Below are positions 32,127-43,968 of a stretch of 64,000 bases of DNA, piece after piece. Position 1 is the first letter of the stretch. Each line of letters begins with the position of its first letter. The stretch comes from an uncultured Planctomycetota bacterium (lineage in GTDB: Bacteria > Planctomycetota > Planctomycetia > Isosphaerales > Isosphaeraceae). Made by a program: the position numbers and the translations under genes. A model generated the notes under the pieces. That model was not told where the DNA came from. It did not search any database and worked only from the letters and a program-made list of their open reading frames with translations. The stretch is from NCBI GenBank assembly GCA_963823665.1, contig CAWGMQ010000003.1:928001-992000 (forward strand), in the 5' to 3' direction.

Positions 32127-33895
32127 TCATTTCGCCCCTGCCCGCGCCGCCTCCTTGTTCCTCCGCCGGCGCTCACGCCGCGACCCTCCGCCGGCCGCGC
32201 CATCTCGATTCCCGAGTCGAACGGCGTCCCGCAGACTAATCCCCGGCCGCAACAGACGCTCCGCACCACGCATCGCCCCGGTCAGGCCCGTGTCAAACCG
32301 CACAGACCGCACGACCTCGCGTTCGTTTCGCACCACTTCGTCTTCCACATCGCCCTTGCCGCGGACGCGAGCGACGGCCTCCGAAATCGCGCTGGCTTCG
32401 TTTCGCAACGAGCCCCCCGCATCATCGGTTGTCCCTTCAGTCGCGCAACTTACGTCCTTGGGTTCGTTTCGCAAAATCGCTAGAGCGCCCATCCCAGCAG
32501 CCTCATCGCCGTTCCTGCGCAAGAGCGACAGCCTCGGAAACCACGGTGGGTTCGTTTCGCAACGAGCCCCCCGCATCGTCCGTTGTCCCTTCAATCGCAC
32601 CACTTACGTCCTTGGGTTCGTTTCGCAAAACCGCCAGAGCGCCCGTCCCAGCAGCCTCATCTCGCCGCGGCAAAACCGCCGGCGATTCCTCCTCCGTCCC
32701 CTCGTCATCAAGGTTCCAACCGGCCCAACCGTCGAGCGCATGTTGATGACCATCTTCATGATCATGATCATTGCCAAGATGATCATGATCATCGCATTCA
32801 GGCACCAGCCAACCCGCCGACGGAAGCAGATAGGTGTTGCTGCGTCCCCGGCCGCTTTTCGATCGTTCCTCGTTCAGCTTCTTCAGGTCGTTCGTCTTCC
32901 GGTCCATCAACCGGCCCCACGCGAATTCATACCGCAGCATGAGCAGGCCTTCGTGGCTCAAATCGAACTTGGCGAGATCGGGCGCCAGTTCGGCCATCAG
33001 CTCGGTCCGCTCCCGGTGAGAGTGGGCCTTTTCTTCGAGTCTCTCGATCTCCAGGTGAACAACCCCGATCAAATGCTCGCGCGCCGAGTCTCGGTCCATT
33101 GCGGGCTTCTGCCCGACCAGCCGCTGGTATTGGTTTTCAAGCACCGGCAGGTCATTCGCCGAGACAACCTCGTTCCACACCTCGCTGACCAGGCTTCCCG
33201 CCGTCGGGTCAAGCGTCTGGCACGCCTGGAGCATCGACGTGAAATCGTCGTCGAGATAGGCATCCATGGGGTGAATCCCCATGAGCCGCATGGCGCGAAA
33301 TCGCTCCGATGCGTTCCATCCCTCGCCTCGCTCGATCGGTGCCAAGCAGCGCATTCCACTCGATGAGCAGCCAACCGACGCCGAGCGGATTGGACTCAAG
33401 TCTCCGGACAACGCCCGCCGGGCGCTTTTGCCCAGCGCCGTCGAGCTTCCCCTTGCACGCTTTGCCCGCTTCCGCGTCGGGCAGTTCACCACGTGGGAGC
33501 ACGGTCGGCCTCCCGTTTGGTGCGCGGTACAGCTCCGCCGCCAGCTCGGTCCGCTCGTTCTCCAGCCGTTGCTGTTCGTCGGCATGGCCCGTCACAGCCC
33601 GAGTATGCAGCCGCGCCCACCCGGCCTCGCGGCAGCGCTTGACCTGCCACGAGCAATAAACCGCGTCCTCCGTCAGAACCACCTCATAAGGATTCTGCGG
33701 CATGAAATGATCGAAAAACGCTTTCGTCCGCTTGTTGAACTCCGCAGGCTGCTCTGCCGGCAGCAACACGAGCTTCGCAGTGCATGCATGCTTCACGGCG
33801 TTGTATTTCGAACGATTCTTACCCTCAATCGTCCGAGGCCCAGTGCTATGTTTGGCATTCTGCTGATTACGTCTGATTTGTGCTGAAGTTGTCAT
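32127..33895 (-). CDS. STGPRT-family hypothetical protein with C-terminal RNE(P) repeats (frameshifts ~33340 and ~32500)
   Basis: NQQNAKHSTGPRTIEGKNRSKYNAVKH N-terminus, His/Asp tract, five LRNE/VRNE repeats encoded by TGCGAAACGAA[CG]. Confidence 0.7.
32380..32670. repeat. ~154-bp internal tandem duplication
   Basis: TTCGTTTCGCAACGAGCCCCCCGCATC..TTGTCCCTTCA..CTTACGTCCTTGGGTTCGTTTCGCAAAA occurs at 32397 and 32551. Confidence 0.8.
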
Positions 33896-34337
33896 CTTGC
33901 GCTCCGTTCCCTTGAGAGGATCTTTCCTATATTCATGTCGTTTCCGGCTCTCGAGTCGCGGTCCCTCCCCCGCGCCACCGCCACTCGCCGAGCCTTCGCG
34001 ACGTGCTTTAATAAGACTGTACGCCAGATTCCCCCAGTCGCAACTCTCGCCGCAAATTTCGCGTGCTCATAAATTGATAAACTCGCGCAAAACGGCGCGA
34101 CCGTTAGAATCCGGAATCCATGCCACGCACGTGTGGCACTGACGAACTCAGTGGTCCGGTGTAGCAGGCATACTTCGTGTGCCGTCAACCGAAGTTGCCG
34201 GTTGCATGGCACTGACTATGCGAGCGTCCGTTAACGCGAGCGCGATCCTTCAGTCCCGAAAGGGGCCGTATTCATTACACGTAGGGTCCGCCATTGCGAA
34301 CCGTCCCTTTTTGGGTTGGGCACTCGTGCGCCGCGGA

Positions 34338-36741
34338 TCAGCGCCCGGAGCGCGGCAGCTCCTCAACGAGCTCCGCGAGCAGTTTGCCCTGGAAGTCGGC
34401 TCGCATCGATTCACAGGCCTGCATTCGTGTGTCCCCGGGCTTCAGACGCACGATGGCCTTATCGATCGCGTCCACGGCGGCATCGAACGCTCGGCACTCG
34501 GCCTGAGCATTCGCCAGCGCCATCAGACAATCAACGCTCTTCCCGCCGGTAAGCGCGGCACGCTTCGGTAGCCGACTCCGTGGCGAGTCGCCCATCGCGC
34601 AGACGGACGTCAGAACATGCCGTTCGCAATCGGGCCCGCGCGAGATAAGCCCTCCAGTTGCCCGCGTGTTCGGGGGCGCGTCGGATCGCCTCATCGCAGT
34701 CCTCGAGCTCGTGCTGATAGTCCCGCTTCGCGTGGTAGATCTCGGCTCGCTCCGAGCACGAAAACCAGTCCCTTGGCTCGAGCCCGATCGCTTTGCTGTA
34801 ATCCGCGAACGCCAGGTCCAATTCCTTCCGACGCACCCGCGTGAACCCTCGCAGCGAATACGCCCCCGCATGTTTCGGCGATTCGCTGATGATGGTGTTT
34901 AATTCGGTGATCACGCGATCGTCTTGATGCAGACTGCTCAAGAGCCGGGCGCGATCGAACCGGATGGCCGTGTCGTCGGGCTTCAACTTCACGGCATGGT
35001 CATAGTCATCGAGCGCTTTGGCCAGGTCGTTCCTCGTCCATCGAACGCCCGCCCGCTCGAAGTAAAAATGACTGTTAACTGCGTCAAGGTCGATGGCCTT
35101 GTCGTAGTCCTTCTCGGCCTTTTCGTAATCCTTCTGCAAGTTTCGATAGTAGCCCCGGGAGGCGTAGCATACCGAAACACCCGGAGCCCGTCGGACTGCC
35201 TCATCGCATTCACGAAGTGCCTCAGCGTACTTACCCTGGAGCTCGTAGACGCGCGATCGTGTCAAGTACAAGCGATAGTCCGCCATTCCCAGCCGCAGCG
35301 CTTCGTCGAGATCCGCGTGGGCGTTCTTGAAGTCCTTCTGCATGCCGAGCACGGTGGCACGATTGAGGAAAGCGAGCGCGTCTGTGGGATCGAGCGCAAT
35401 CACCTTGTCGAAATCTGTACGCGCCCTGTCGAAAGAGCCTCGTTGCACGAGGATCAGACCACGCTCGGTGATCGCTGCCGTGTTCTTGGGATCTTGTCGG
35501 ATCGCCTCGTTCACGTCTGACATCGTCCGTTCGTCCGCCCCTAAGATGCCGAGATCTTTCGCCCAGAGTTGATGCGTGAAGGTTAACGTGCCTCGCTCAC
35601 GCTCCCAATCGAGGGCAACGGGGACCACGTTCTCTGAGCCAAGAGCCTTCGGATCGTGCGCGTTTTTCAACGAGCGCGTCATCGCCCGCATCGCCAGCGC
35701 ATCGGAGTTCTTGGGATCGATCTCAATCACCTTGTCCAGATCCAATCGCGCCGGGTCAAACTCGCCTTGGCTCAAGTGAATCTGTGCCCGAAGAAGCAGA
35801 GCATTGACGCGTTTCGGGTTCAACCGGATGCTCTCATTCAAGCCCGCAAGAGCCCCTTTCATGTCGCCCTTTTTCAGCAGCAGTTCGGCCTGCATTCCGA
35901 GTGCCCCGTCATTCTTGGGATTCAACCGCACCGCCTCATTGGCCTCGACGAGGGCTTTGTCGATTTCGTTGCGTAAGGCGAAATAGGCCGCCCGGCTCAA
36001 ACGCGCGCTCGAGCTCTTCGGTCCCAGTCGAACCGCTTCATTGAAGTCGGCAATTGCCCGCTCCGGTTTGGCTAGTTCAATCCAGGTTTGACCGCGCATG
36101 ATGTGGCACCAAGGGCTTTTGGGATCACACTCGATCGCCGTGTTCAGATCCGCGAGGGACTTTTCGTGGTCCTTGCGGGCGGAGTAATACTCGGCACGGC
36201 CGAGATAGGATTGTACATCATTCGGAGCGAGCTCGACTGCTCGATCAAGATCGCGCCCAGCAGCTTCGAGATCGCCAAGTTGCATGAGCACTCGCCCACG
36301 GATCACGTAGGCGCCAGCGTTTTTCGGATCAAGCCGGATCGCATCGTCACAGTCCATTCGTCCCTTCACCAGGTCGCGATTCTCCAACCGGGCCATTGCC
36401 CTCATCAGGTAATAGTAAACAACCTGCGGATTGTGTTTGATGCGCTCGCTGAAGAGCGCCTCGGCCTGTTCGATAGGGATTACCTCACTCGTTCGAGCAT
36501 CTCCCTCGCGTGCGTCAAGGTAGAGACGAATTCCATTGCCGTCGACCGTTTCGACAAAGAAGACGTTCAAATTCGATTTGACAGAAATCACGTGCGGTCC
36601 GTCTTTGAGAACGAAATCCGGCGATCTCGCCATGACCTCCATGCCGCGCTCGAGCTTTGGCTCCTGGGCGCGAGCCCACGGTGCGGCCAAGCAAACGCCA
36701 ACAAGCCACGCGAGAGAAACTTTCATTCGACTGGCACGCAT
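34338..36741 (-). CDS. secreted TPR protein, paralogue 4 (frameshift ~34545)
   Basis: Signal peptide ending ARA-QE, shared N-domain SPDFVLKDG..REGDA, many TPRs, LRDGRLA cap. Confidence 0.85.
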
Positions 36742-36786
36742 CGTAGCGACCTCCTCCTTGAAGTTCGAGCATCGTAACCGCGATTC

Positions 36787-39293
36787 TTACGGTGCAGACG
36801 ATTTCTCCGCGTTCAGCCCACCCTGCAAATTCATCTGGAAATGTTCTCGCATTCCCCGACAAGTCCTCAACCGTTTGTCGCTAGGCTTGATGAGCGCGAC
36901 GGCTGTATCGATCGCGGCGACCGCCGCGCGAAAATCCAGATTCACGTTCTGTGCGTTGGCCAGCGCGATCAGGCAGTCGGCGTCTTTCCAGGCCGTCAGC
37001 TCGCACGCCTTCGAGGCAGACTCCACGGCAAGACGCCCATCCCGCACCGTTTCGTCATTCGTTGACGATCGGACCCAGGCCCGCGTCCGATAGGCGCCGG
37101 CCGTGCTCGGGCTCTCCGGTGCTCGCCGGATCACTTCATCGAGGTCAACAAGCGCCTTCGCGTGCTCATCCATCTCATAAAGAACGACGCCGCGTTCGTA
37201 AAAGGCGAGTGTCTCCTTTGGATCGAGGCGAATCGCTTCGCTGAAATCAGCCACCGCCGCGTCGTACTGCTTCCTCCGCTTGCGTGTGAGGCCGCGCAGA
37301 CACAGCGCGACCGCATCGAGCGGCGGCTTGTTGATGATGTAATAGAGCTGGTCGGGCTCGGTGGCACCCAGATATCTGATGAGCCTCGCGCGCTCGAGCC
37401 GAATCGCCATTTCCTCGGGCGCTAGCGCCACAGCCCGGCCGTAGTCATCGAGCGCCTTAAACAAACCAAACTTGGCTTGCCACGCTCTCGCACGACCAAG
37501 GTGCGCACTGCGCGTTCCGCGGCTCCAGCTCGATCGCTTTATCATAATCTGCTAGAGCCAGATCGTTTTGTTTGAGCGCCCACCGAATCTCAGCCCGGTT
37601 GATATAGCACATGGGGTCGTCGGGACCGCGCCTGACGGCTTCGTCAGCCTCCGCAAGTGCTTGCTCGAATTTGCCCTGCAATCTGCTAAGGGAAGAGTCC
37701 TGGAGAAAAAGCCTGTATCCCGCAAACCCCAGACGACGCGCGTGATCCAGTTCCGCTCGTGCCCGGGTATAGTCCTTGAGCCGCACAAACAAAGCGCTGC
37801 GGTTGAGATAGATCAACTCATTGTTTGAATCGAGCGCGAGCGACTCATCCAGATCGGCACGCGCCTTCTCGCACAGGTTCCGCATCAAGTAGAACGCGCC
37901 GCGATTGTTCAGCGCGAGTGCGTCGCGTGGATTGTTGACGATAGCTTGATTCAGCGCGGCAAGTGTCATTTCGTCGTCTTTCGTCCCGCGCTTCACGGCG
38001 CCATTTGCCCGCAGACTCGCGAAGAGCTCGACGCCTGTTCGCTTTTCACCGACGCGAACGCTTCCGGTCAGGCCGGACGCCGACGCATCTTGGACTTGTT
38101 GCGCCATGAGCAAGTAACCCCGCTCGCCCGGCGCCGCTACATTCCGCGCCGTGACGCTCTTGGGATTTGACTCCTTCCGTGCGTCCAGATCGCGGATCGC
38201 CCTCTTCACGTCGCCCATCAGCACAAGCAACGCCCGGCGCAGCGAAAGCGCCTCTTCGTTTTCCGGATCGAGTCGCAAGGCTTCGGTGACGTCGGCGAGT
38301 GCTTGCTCGAATTTCTTGCGCTCGGCGAGGTACCCTGCCCGTGCGACCAGCGACTCGGCATCCTTCGGGCGGATGCGCACCGCCTCGTCCGCATCAGCCA
38401 GAGCCTTGTCGAGGTCGCCCATGGCCGCGGCGATCTTCGCCCGCATGATATAGCCGTCGGCTTCGCCAGGCTCCAGGCGAAGCGCCTCGTTTGCGTCGGC
38501 CAAAGCCTGATCGTACTTGCGCTGAACCGAAGTACTCGGCCCGAGCAAGGCGCACGGAAGCGCTACCGGGAGCCAAGCGAATCGCGTCACCGTAATCGCG
38601 GAGTGCTTTCTCATGGTCGCCCCGTTCCGCCCACACCGCCCCACGCAGCGCGTACACGCCCGGATTTTCCGGGTCCCGACGGATCGCTCTTTCAATGTCG
38701 GCCATCGCCTTATCTGCGTCTCCGAGTGCCAGATGGCAGCCAGCCCGGCAGAGGTAGGCATCAACAATTTTCTCGTTGAGCGCGATCGCCTGATCGAAGT
38801 CACCAAGCGCTTCTTTCAGGTCAACTTGCTCACCTCTGATGCTCCCGCGCAGCAGATAAGCCCAGGGGTTCTTGGGTTCGAGGCGAATCGCCTGCTCACA
38901 ATCCCGCAACGAGCCGGCCGAATCGTGCTGCAACACGCCCCGCACGAAAGACCTCATCAAGTAGCCATACACCGCCCGCGGGTTCGCCTTGATCTGCTCG
39001 CTGAAATACGCCTCAGCCTGGTCGACACGAACGACCTCACTCGCGAGAGCATCGCCCTCGCGGCCTGCGGCATACAACCGGACGCGGTCACCTTCGACCC
39101 GCTCCACGCGGCACTTGTCGAACAGCGAGCTAAGATGAATCACCTTCGCCCCGTCTCGGAGAGTGAAGTCCGGCGATTTGGCGACGACACTCATGCCCGG
39201 CTCGAGCTTGGACTCCTGCGCACGAACAATCGGCGCCGCCAGACAGATGCCGGCGACCGCCCCAATCCGAACGGCGATATGACTTGCACGCAT
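36787..39293 (-). CDS. secreted TPR protein, paralogue 3 (frameshifts ~38525 and ~37500)
   Basis: ORFs 38394..39329, 37457..38806 and 36787..37545 join. GGAGGAGG RBS before ATG 39293. Confidence 0.82.
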
Positions 39294-39338
39294 CGTCAAG
39301 ACCTCCTCCTTGAAGTTCGAGCATCCCAAGGATGATTC

Positions 39339-41528
39339 TTACGGCGCAGACGATTTCCCCGCGCTAAGCCCACCCTGCAAATTCATCTGAAAATGTTCTC
39401 GCATATCCCGGCAAGTCCTCATCCTTTTGTCGCCAGGCTTGATGAGCGCGACGGCTTTGTCGATCGCGGTGAGCGCGGCGCGAAAATCCAGATTCACGTT
39501 CTGGGCGTTGGCCAGTGCGATCAAGCAGTCAGCGTCTTTCCAGGCCGTCAGCTCGCATGCCTTCAAGGCCGACTCCACAGCGAGACGCCCATCGCGCACC
39601 GATTCGTCATGCGTTGACGATTGGATCCAGGCCCGCGTCCGATAGGCGCCGGCCGTGTTCGGGCTCTCCGGTGCGCGCCGGATCACCTGATCGAAGTCTA
39701 CAAGCGCCTTCGCGTGCTCATCCATCTCATAAAGAACGACGCCGCGTTCGTACAGCGCGAATGTCTCCTTGGGATCGAGGCGAATCGCTTCGCTGAAATC
39801 CGCCACCGCCGCGTCGTACTGGTGCCTCCGTTTCCGCGTGAGGCCGCGCAGACACAGCGCGACCGCATCGAGCGGAGGCTTGTTGATGATGAAATAGACC
39901 GCGTCGGGCTCGGTGTTACCGAGATATCTGATGATCCGCTCGCGCTCCAGGCGGATTGCCGTGTCGTCAGGCGCAAGCGACACGGCTCGGCCATAATCGT
40001 CCAGGGCCTTGATGAACTCCTGCTTTAACGCCCACGCTTCACCCCGCTTTGCACATCCGAGCGCACTGTTCGGATCGAGCCGAATTGCAGCGGCGAAGTC
40101 CGAGATCGCCAGGTCGTACTCGTGCCGCGATACGCGGATCTGCCCCCTGACGATGAAACACTGCGGCTCAAGCGGTCCCAGCTTGACGGCTCTATCGGCG
40201 TCGACCAGTGCATCGTCGAGGTTGCCCTGCGATTTGCTCAACCGTGACCGCGCGATGAAGATCGCGTATCCTCCGATGCCACGAGCAAGCGCCGCGTCGA
40301 GTTCGGCTCGAGCCCTCTTGAAATCGTTCTGCATCGAGTACAGCCCGCTTCGATTCAGATAAACGTTCGGCTCGGTCGGATCGAGCGAGAGTGCTTTATC
40401 GAGATCGGCCAGGGCTTTGTTATATTCACGCCGCGTTATGTAACGCAAGACTCTGTTCATGATTGCCGCCGCGCTTGCTGGGTGGTGTTTCACTGCGTCA
40501 TTAGCTGCCCGCAAAGCGACTTCCTCCGCGTTCGAAGCATCTTTGACGCCGGCCATGACCGGCACCTTTTTTGAAATCTCCGCCCCAAGCGACACACCAC
40601 CCTCAGCGGGCGTGATCGCATGTGCGGGATCTGCATACGGCCGAGCTTTGGTGTGTTTCGCGCCCAGGATTGCGGCTCGGAGCTCGAGCGCACGGTCATG
40701 GTTCGCATCAAGTTTGAGCGCCACGTCGACGTCGGAAAGGGCCATGTCTAGCTCGCCTCTTTGTGCGTGGACGAACGCTCGCGCAACCCAGGCCTCCACA
40801 TCCCTGGGCGCGAGCTGCACGCACCGATTCAGGTCCGCTAATGCCTTCTCCGTGTCTCCGCGACCCGAAAACAACCTGCTGCGCAAATCAAGGGCCTCCA
40901 CGTCGTTCGGCTCGAGGCTTAGGGCCTGATTCACGTCGGCGAGTGCCTTGTCGAAATCCTTGGCCAAACGATGGCAATCTGCTCGCGCCACGTAGGCGGC
41001 AGCGATTTTATTGTTCAGTCCGATCGCCTTGTCGAGGTCAACGAGCGCGTCTTTCAGGTTGTCTTGCCCCGCCGAGATTTCACCACGAACGAGGTACGCC
41101 CAGGGATTCTTGGGTTCGAGACGAACCGCTTCGTCGCAGTCAATTCGGGCGTTAACCAGATCGTCGCGAAAGCTGCGAACGGCCGCCCGCATCAAGTAGC
41201 CGAAAGCCATCCGCGGACGTGCTTGGATCTGCTCGCCGAAATACGCCTCAGCCTGATCCAGACGAATGACGTCACTCGCGAGGGCATCACCTTCGCGGCC
41301 GCCGGAATAAAGACGCACCCGGTCCCCTTCGACTCGCTCCACACGATAGATTTCGTACGGCGATGCGACAGGAATTACGTTCGCCCCATCTCGCAGAACG
41401 AAATCCGGAGACCGGGCGACAACCTTCGCGCCGCGCTCGAGCCCGGCCTCCTGGGCACGCACATCGGAGGCTGCCACGCACATCGCGACGATCAGCGCGA
41501 TCCCGTTACTGACGCTACTTGTCCGCAT
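39339..41528 (-). CDS. secreted TPR protein, paralogue 2
   Basis: Intact 729-aa ORF with the same architecture; 3' ~700 bp closely similar to paralogue 3. Confidence 0.9.
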   Translation of the reverse strand: MRTSSVSNGIALIVAMCVAASDVRAQEAGLERGAKVVARSPDFVLRDGANVIPVASPYEIYRVERVEGDRVRLYSGGREGDALASDVIRLDQAEAYFGEQIQARPRMAFGYLMRAAVRSFRDDLVNARIDCDEAVRLEPKNPWAYLVRGEISAGQDNLKDALVDLDKAIGLNNKIAAAYVARADCHRLAKDFDKALADVNQALSLEPNDVEALDLRSRLFSGRGDTEKALADLNRCVQLAPRDVEAWVARAFVHAQRGELDMALSDVDVALKLDANHDRALELRAAILGAKHTKARPYADPAHAITPAEGGVSLGAEISKKVPVMAGVKDASNAEEVALRAANDAVKHHPASAAAIMNRVLRYITRREYNKALADLDKALSLDPTEPNVYLNRSGLYSMQNDFKRARAELDAALARGIGGYAIFIARSRLSKSQGNLDDALVDADRAVKLGPLEPQCFIVRGQIRVSRHEYDLAISDFAAAIRLDPNSALGCAKRGEAWALKQEFIKALDDYGRAVSLAPDDTAIRLERERIIRYLGNTEPDAVYFIINKPPLDAVALCLRGLTRKRRHQYDAAVADFSEAIRLDPKETFALYERGVVLYEMDEHAKALVDFDQVIRRAPESPNTAGAYRTRAWIQSSTHDESVRDGRLAVESALKACELTAWKDADCLIALANAQNVNLDFRAALTAIDKAVALIKPGDKRMRTCRDMREHFQMNLQGGLSAGKSSAP

Positions 41529-41580
41529 GCGCGGGACCTCCTCCGTAAGGATCGCACGTGCTGCCGATACAGATCTCGGT

Positions 41581-42879
41581 CTAGTTTTGTTCTTTCTTCA
41601 AGCTCAGCACATAATCCCGCCATTCGGCGGCATCGGCATCCTTGGGATCGATTTCAAGGGCCTTGTCCAGATCCGATAGTGCTCGATCGAAGTCGCCTTT
41701 GTCGCAGTAAATCCTCGCGCGGGCAATCAGGGCATCGCTGTTCCGGGGGTTCGATTGCAGGCTCTCGTTCAAATCGCGCAGGGCATCCGCGACATGGCCG
41801 TTCTCGAAGTGAATTTGCGCACGAAGCAAGTGCCCCACGTCATCGCTCGGGTTCAAGCGCAGCACTTCCGTGACGTCGGCCTCCGCCTTATCCAGCTCGC
41901 CGCGGCCGATGAAAACATTCGCACGCCCGAGCAAGGCCTCGACGGCCTTGGGAACGAGGCGGATCGCCTCGTCGAAGTCGGCAAGCGCCTTGGCTTGATC
42001 GTCCATCCCAAAGCGGATCAACCCGCGCGTGGTGTAGGCATCGACGTCCTTCGCGTCGAGGCGAATCGCTTCATCCGCGTCGCGGAGCGCCTTATCGAAC
42101 TCGTCAATTGACCCGTAATACTCGGCTCGAGCGATATAGCCCGTGGTGCTCTTGGGATCCAAACGGACTGCCTCGTTGAAGTCCTCGAGTGCCTTGGCTT
42201 CGTCACCTTTTTCCTGCCAGATCGCTCCACGCAGTGCGTAAGCGGTGATGGATCTCGTATCCCGCTGAATCGCCTCATCAACTGCGGCCAAAGCCTTATC
42301 GAAGTCGCGATTCTCGGCATGACAACTCGCCATGCCTGCGTAAGCGTCAGCAATCTGCTGGTCCAGGCGAATCGCGGTCTCGTAGTCGGCGAGCGCGTTC
42401 GTGAGATCGCCACGCATGCCTCGGAGATCCCCGCGCAGCAGGTAGCCCCAAGGATTCTTGGGCTCGAGGCGAATGGCCGTTTCGCATTCCGGAAGAGCAC
42501 CAGTCAGATCGCAGTGTTCATACAACCGCAGTGCGCACCTCATGAGGTATCCATGAACCTCTTGCGAATTCGCGCTGATCCGATCGCTGAAATAAGTCTC
42601 GGCCTGTTCGACGCCAACAATCTCACTCGAGCGAGCGTCGCCGGCGCGACCGCGGTAATGAAGTCGGATGCGATCCCCGTCGACTTGCTCCACACGGTAA
42701 TGGGACAGCGGAGATCCACGACTGATCACCGTCGTCCCGTCACGAAGAACGAAGCCCGGCGAGCGGGCAACGACCCAGTCGCCCGCTTTGAGTTTGGCCT
42801 CCTGGCCACGAGCCGCCGGCGCCGTCAGCCAGATGCCAGTGATCAACGCAATCCAAACGTTCATGTCCCGCACACGCAT
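41581..42879 (-). CDS. secreted TPR protein, paralogue 1
   Basis: 432 aa; signal peptide, shared N-domain, TPR array. Confidence 0.9.
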   Translation of the reverse strand: MRVRDMNVWIALITGIWLTAPAARGQEAKLKAGDWVVARSPGFVLRDGTTVISRGSPLSHYRVEQVDGDRIRLHYRGRAGDARSSEIVGVEQAETYFSDRISANSQEVHGYLMRCALRLYEHCDLTGALPECETAIRLEPKNPWGYLLRGDLRGMRGDLTNALADYETAIRLDQQIADAYAGMASCHAENRDFDKALAAVDEAIQRDTRSITAYALRGAIWQEKGDEAKALEDFNEAVRLDPKSTTGYIARAEYYGSIDEFDKALRDADEAIRLDAKDVDAYTTRGLIRFGMDDQAKALADFDEAIRLVPKAVEALLGRANVFIGRGELDKAEADVTEVLRLNPSDDVGHLLRAQIHFENGHVADALRDLNESLQSNPRNSDALIARARIYCDKGDFDRALSDLDKALEIDPKDADAAEWRDYVLSLKKEQN

Positions 42880-43084
42880 GCTCGAGACCTCCTCCTTGAG
42901 AATCGATCGTGATGTCGAATCGAACGGGATGGACGCGCAAAGATAGAGAGAGCCCAGTTCCTGGCCGGGATCAATTCGCGCAAAACTGGGGCACTATGAC
43001 AGGAATCCGAAAAATGGGCAAGCCGTACCGCAACCAGCGGAAACAGACGCGACAATCGAAGAGCGGGGCCAGCACAAGCTCAAG

Positions 43085-43450
43085 TTGATCGGCTATCGCT
43101 ATGCGCCAGCCGGCTATGAACCCATCGCGCCGAACGAGCATGGTCGGATCTGGCTTGAGGCCGTCGGTGCGTGGCTGGGCGTCGTCCACGACGCCGACAC
43201 CGGAATGGATCGCGTCGCATGCTTCGATGCCGGCTCGCAAGCCGAGATCGGCGACTACACTGCCATCACGCAAGCTTATGCCCGGGAGGTTGAGGCACAC
43301 GCTCGATCAAAGAATCGAGCCGCGCAGGCTGAAGCCAAGGCCACAAAGGCTGAAGCCAAGGCCAAGGCCGAAGCCGAGGCGCGAGCGCTCGCCGAAACTC
43401 GAATTCGCGAGCTTGAGGCCCCGCTGAAGCGCACCACGCCCGACCGCTAG
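43085..43450 (+). pseudogene. C-terminal remnant of a Uma2/DUF820-type protein
   Basis: LIGYRYAPAGYEPIAPNEHGRIWLEAVGAWLG followed by an AEA-rich coil ending RIRELEA, typical of Uma2 tails; no nuclease core upstream. Confidence 0.55.
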
Positions 43451-43926
43451 ACCGGCTTTCCCGCCACCGACGGACCCTGCACGCCGCGCTTCTCAACAGC
43501 CTCCTTGAGGGCAATCAATCGCCGCCGCGTGTCGCGCGCAAAGACCCGCTCGATAATCGGATTCAGCAACCACGACAACGACCTCGGCCATGCGTTCAGG
43601 CTGTAACAAAAGCCGACGCTTGTTTGCCCCGGTTTGACCTCTTCGAACCGCCAAGAGCCGGCGAAGCTTTCGAGAAACCACGGGCCGCGCGTCATTTTCA
43701 CGGCCACCGCCCGCGGCGGGTTATACGAAACGTACTCGGTTTCCATCCCGGTGCCTTTTCGATCGACACAGAGAGCCCGCACGCCAACATCCGGTTCAGT
43801 CGCGCCGCCCAGCAACTCCGCCGATCGGAGAAATGGGTCCCACTCGAGCCGGCGGTTGTAGTCCTGCGACAGCTCAAAAAGCGCGGCCGCCGGGGCGTCG
43901 ATCACGATCGAGTCTTCAAACGTCAT
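43447..43926 (-). CDS. SRPBCC/START-family protein
   Basis: FEDSIVIDAPAAALFE, WDPFL, MTRGPWFLESFAGSWRF. Confidence 0.85.
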   Translation of the reverse strand: MTFEDSIVIDAPAAALFELSQDYNRRLEWDPFLRSAELLGGATEPDVGVRALCVDRKGTGMETEYVSYNPPRAVAVKMTRGPWFLESFAGSWRFEEVKPGQTSVGFCYSLNAWPRSLSWLLNPIIERVFARDTRRRLIALKEAVEKRGVQGPSVAGKPV

Positions 43927-43968
43927 GGCCGCGGCCTCTCCCGTCGAGGGGGCCGGGTAAGGCCCCGC

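Noticed and set aside
36735..40010. Diversity-generating retroelement TR/VR pair
   Set aside because: No reverse transcriptase in the window, both copies are coding, and the differences are not adenine-specific.
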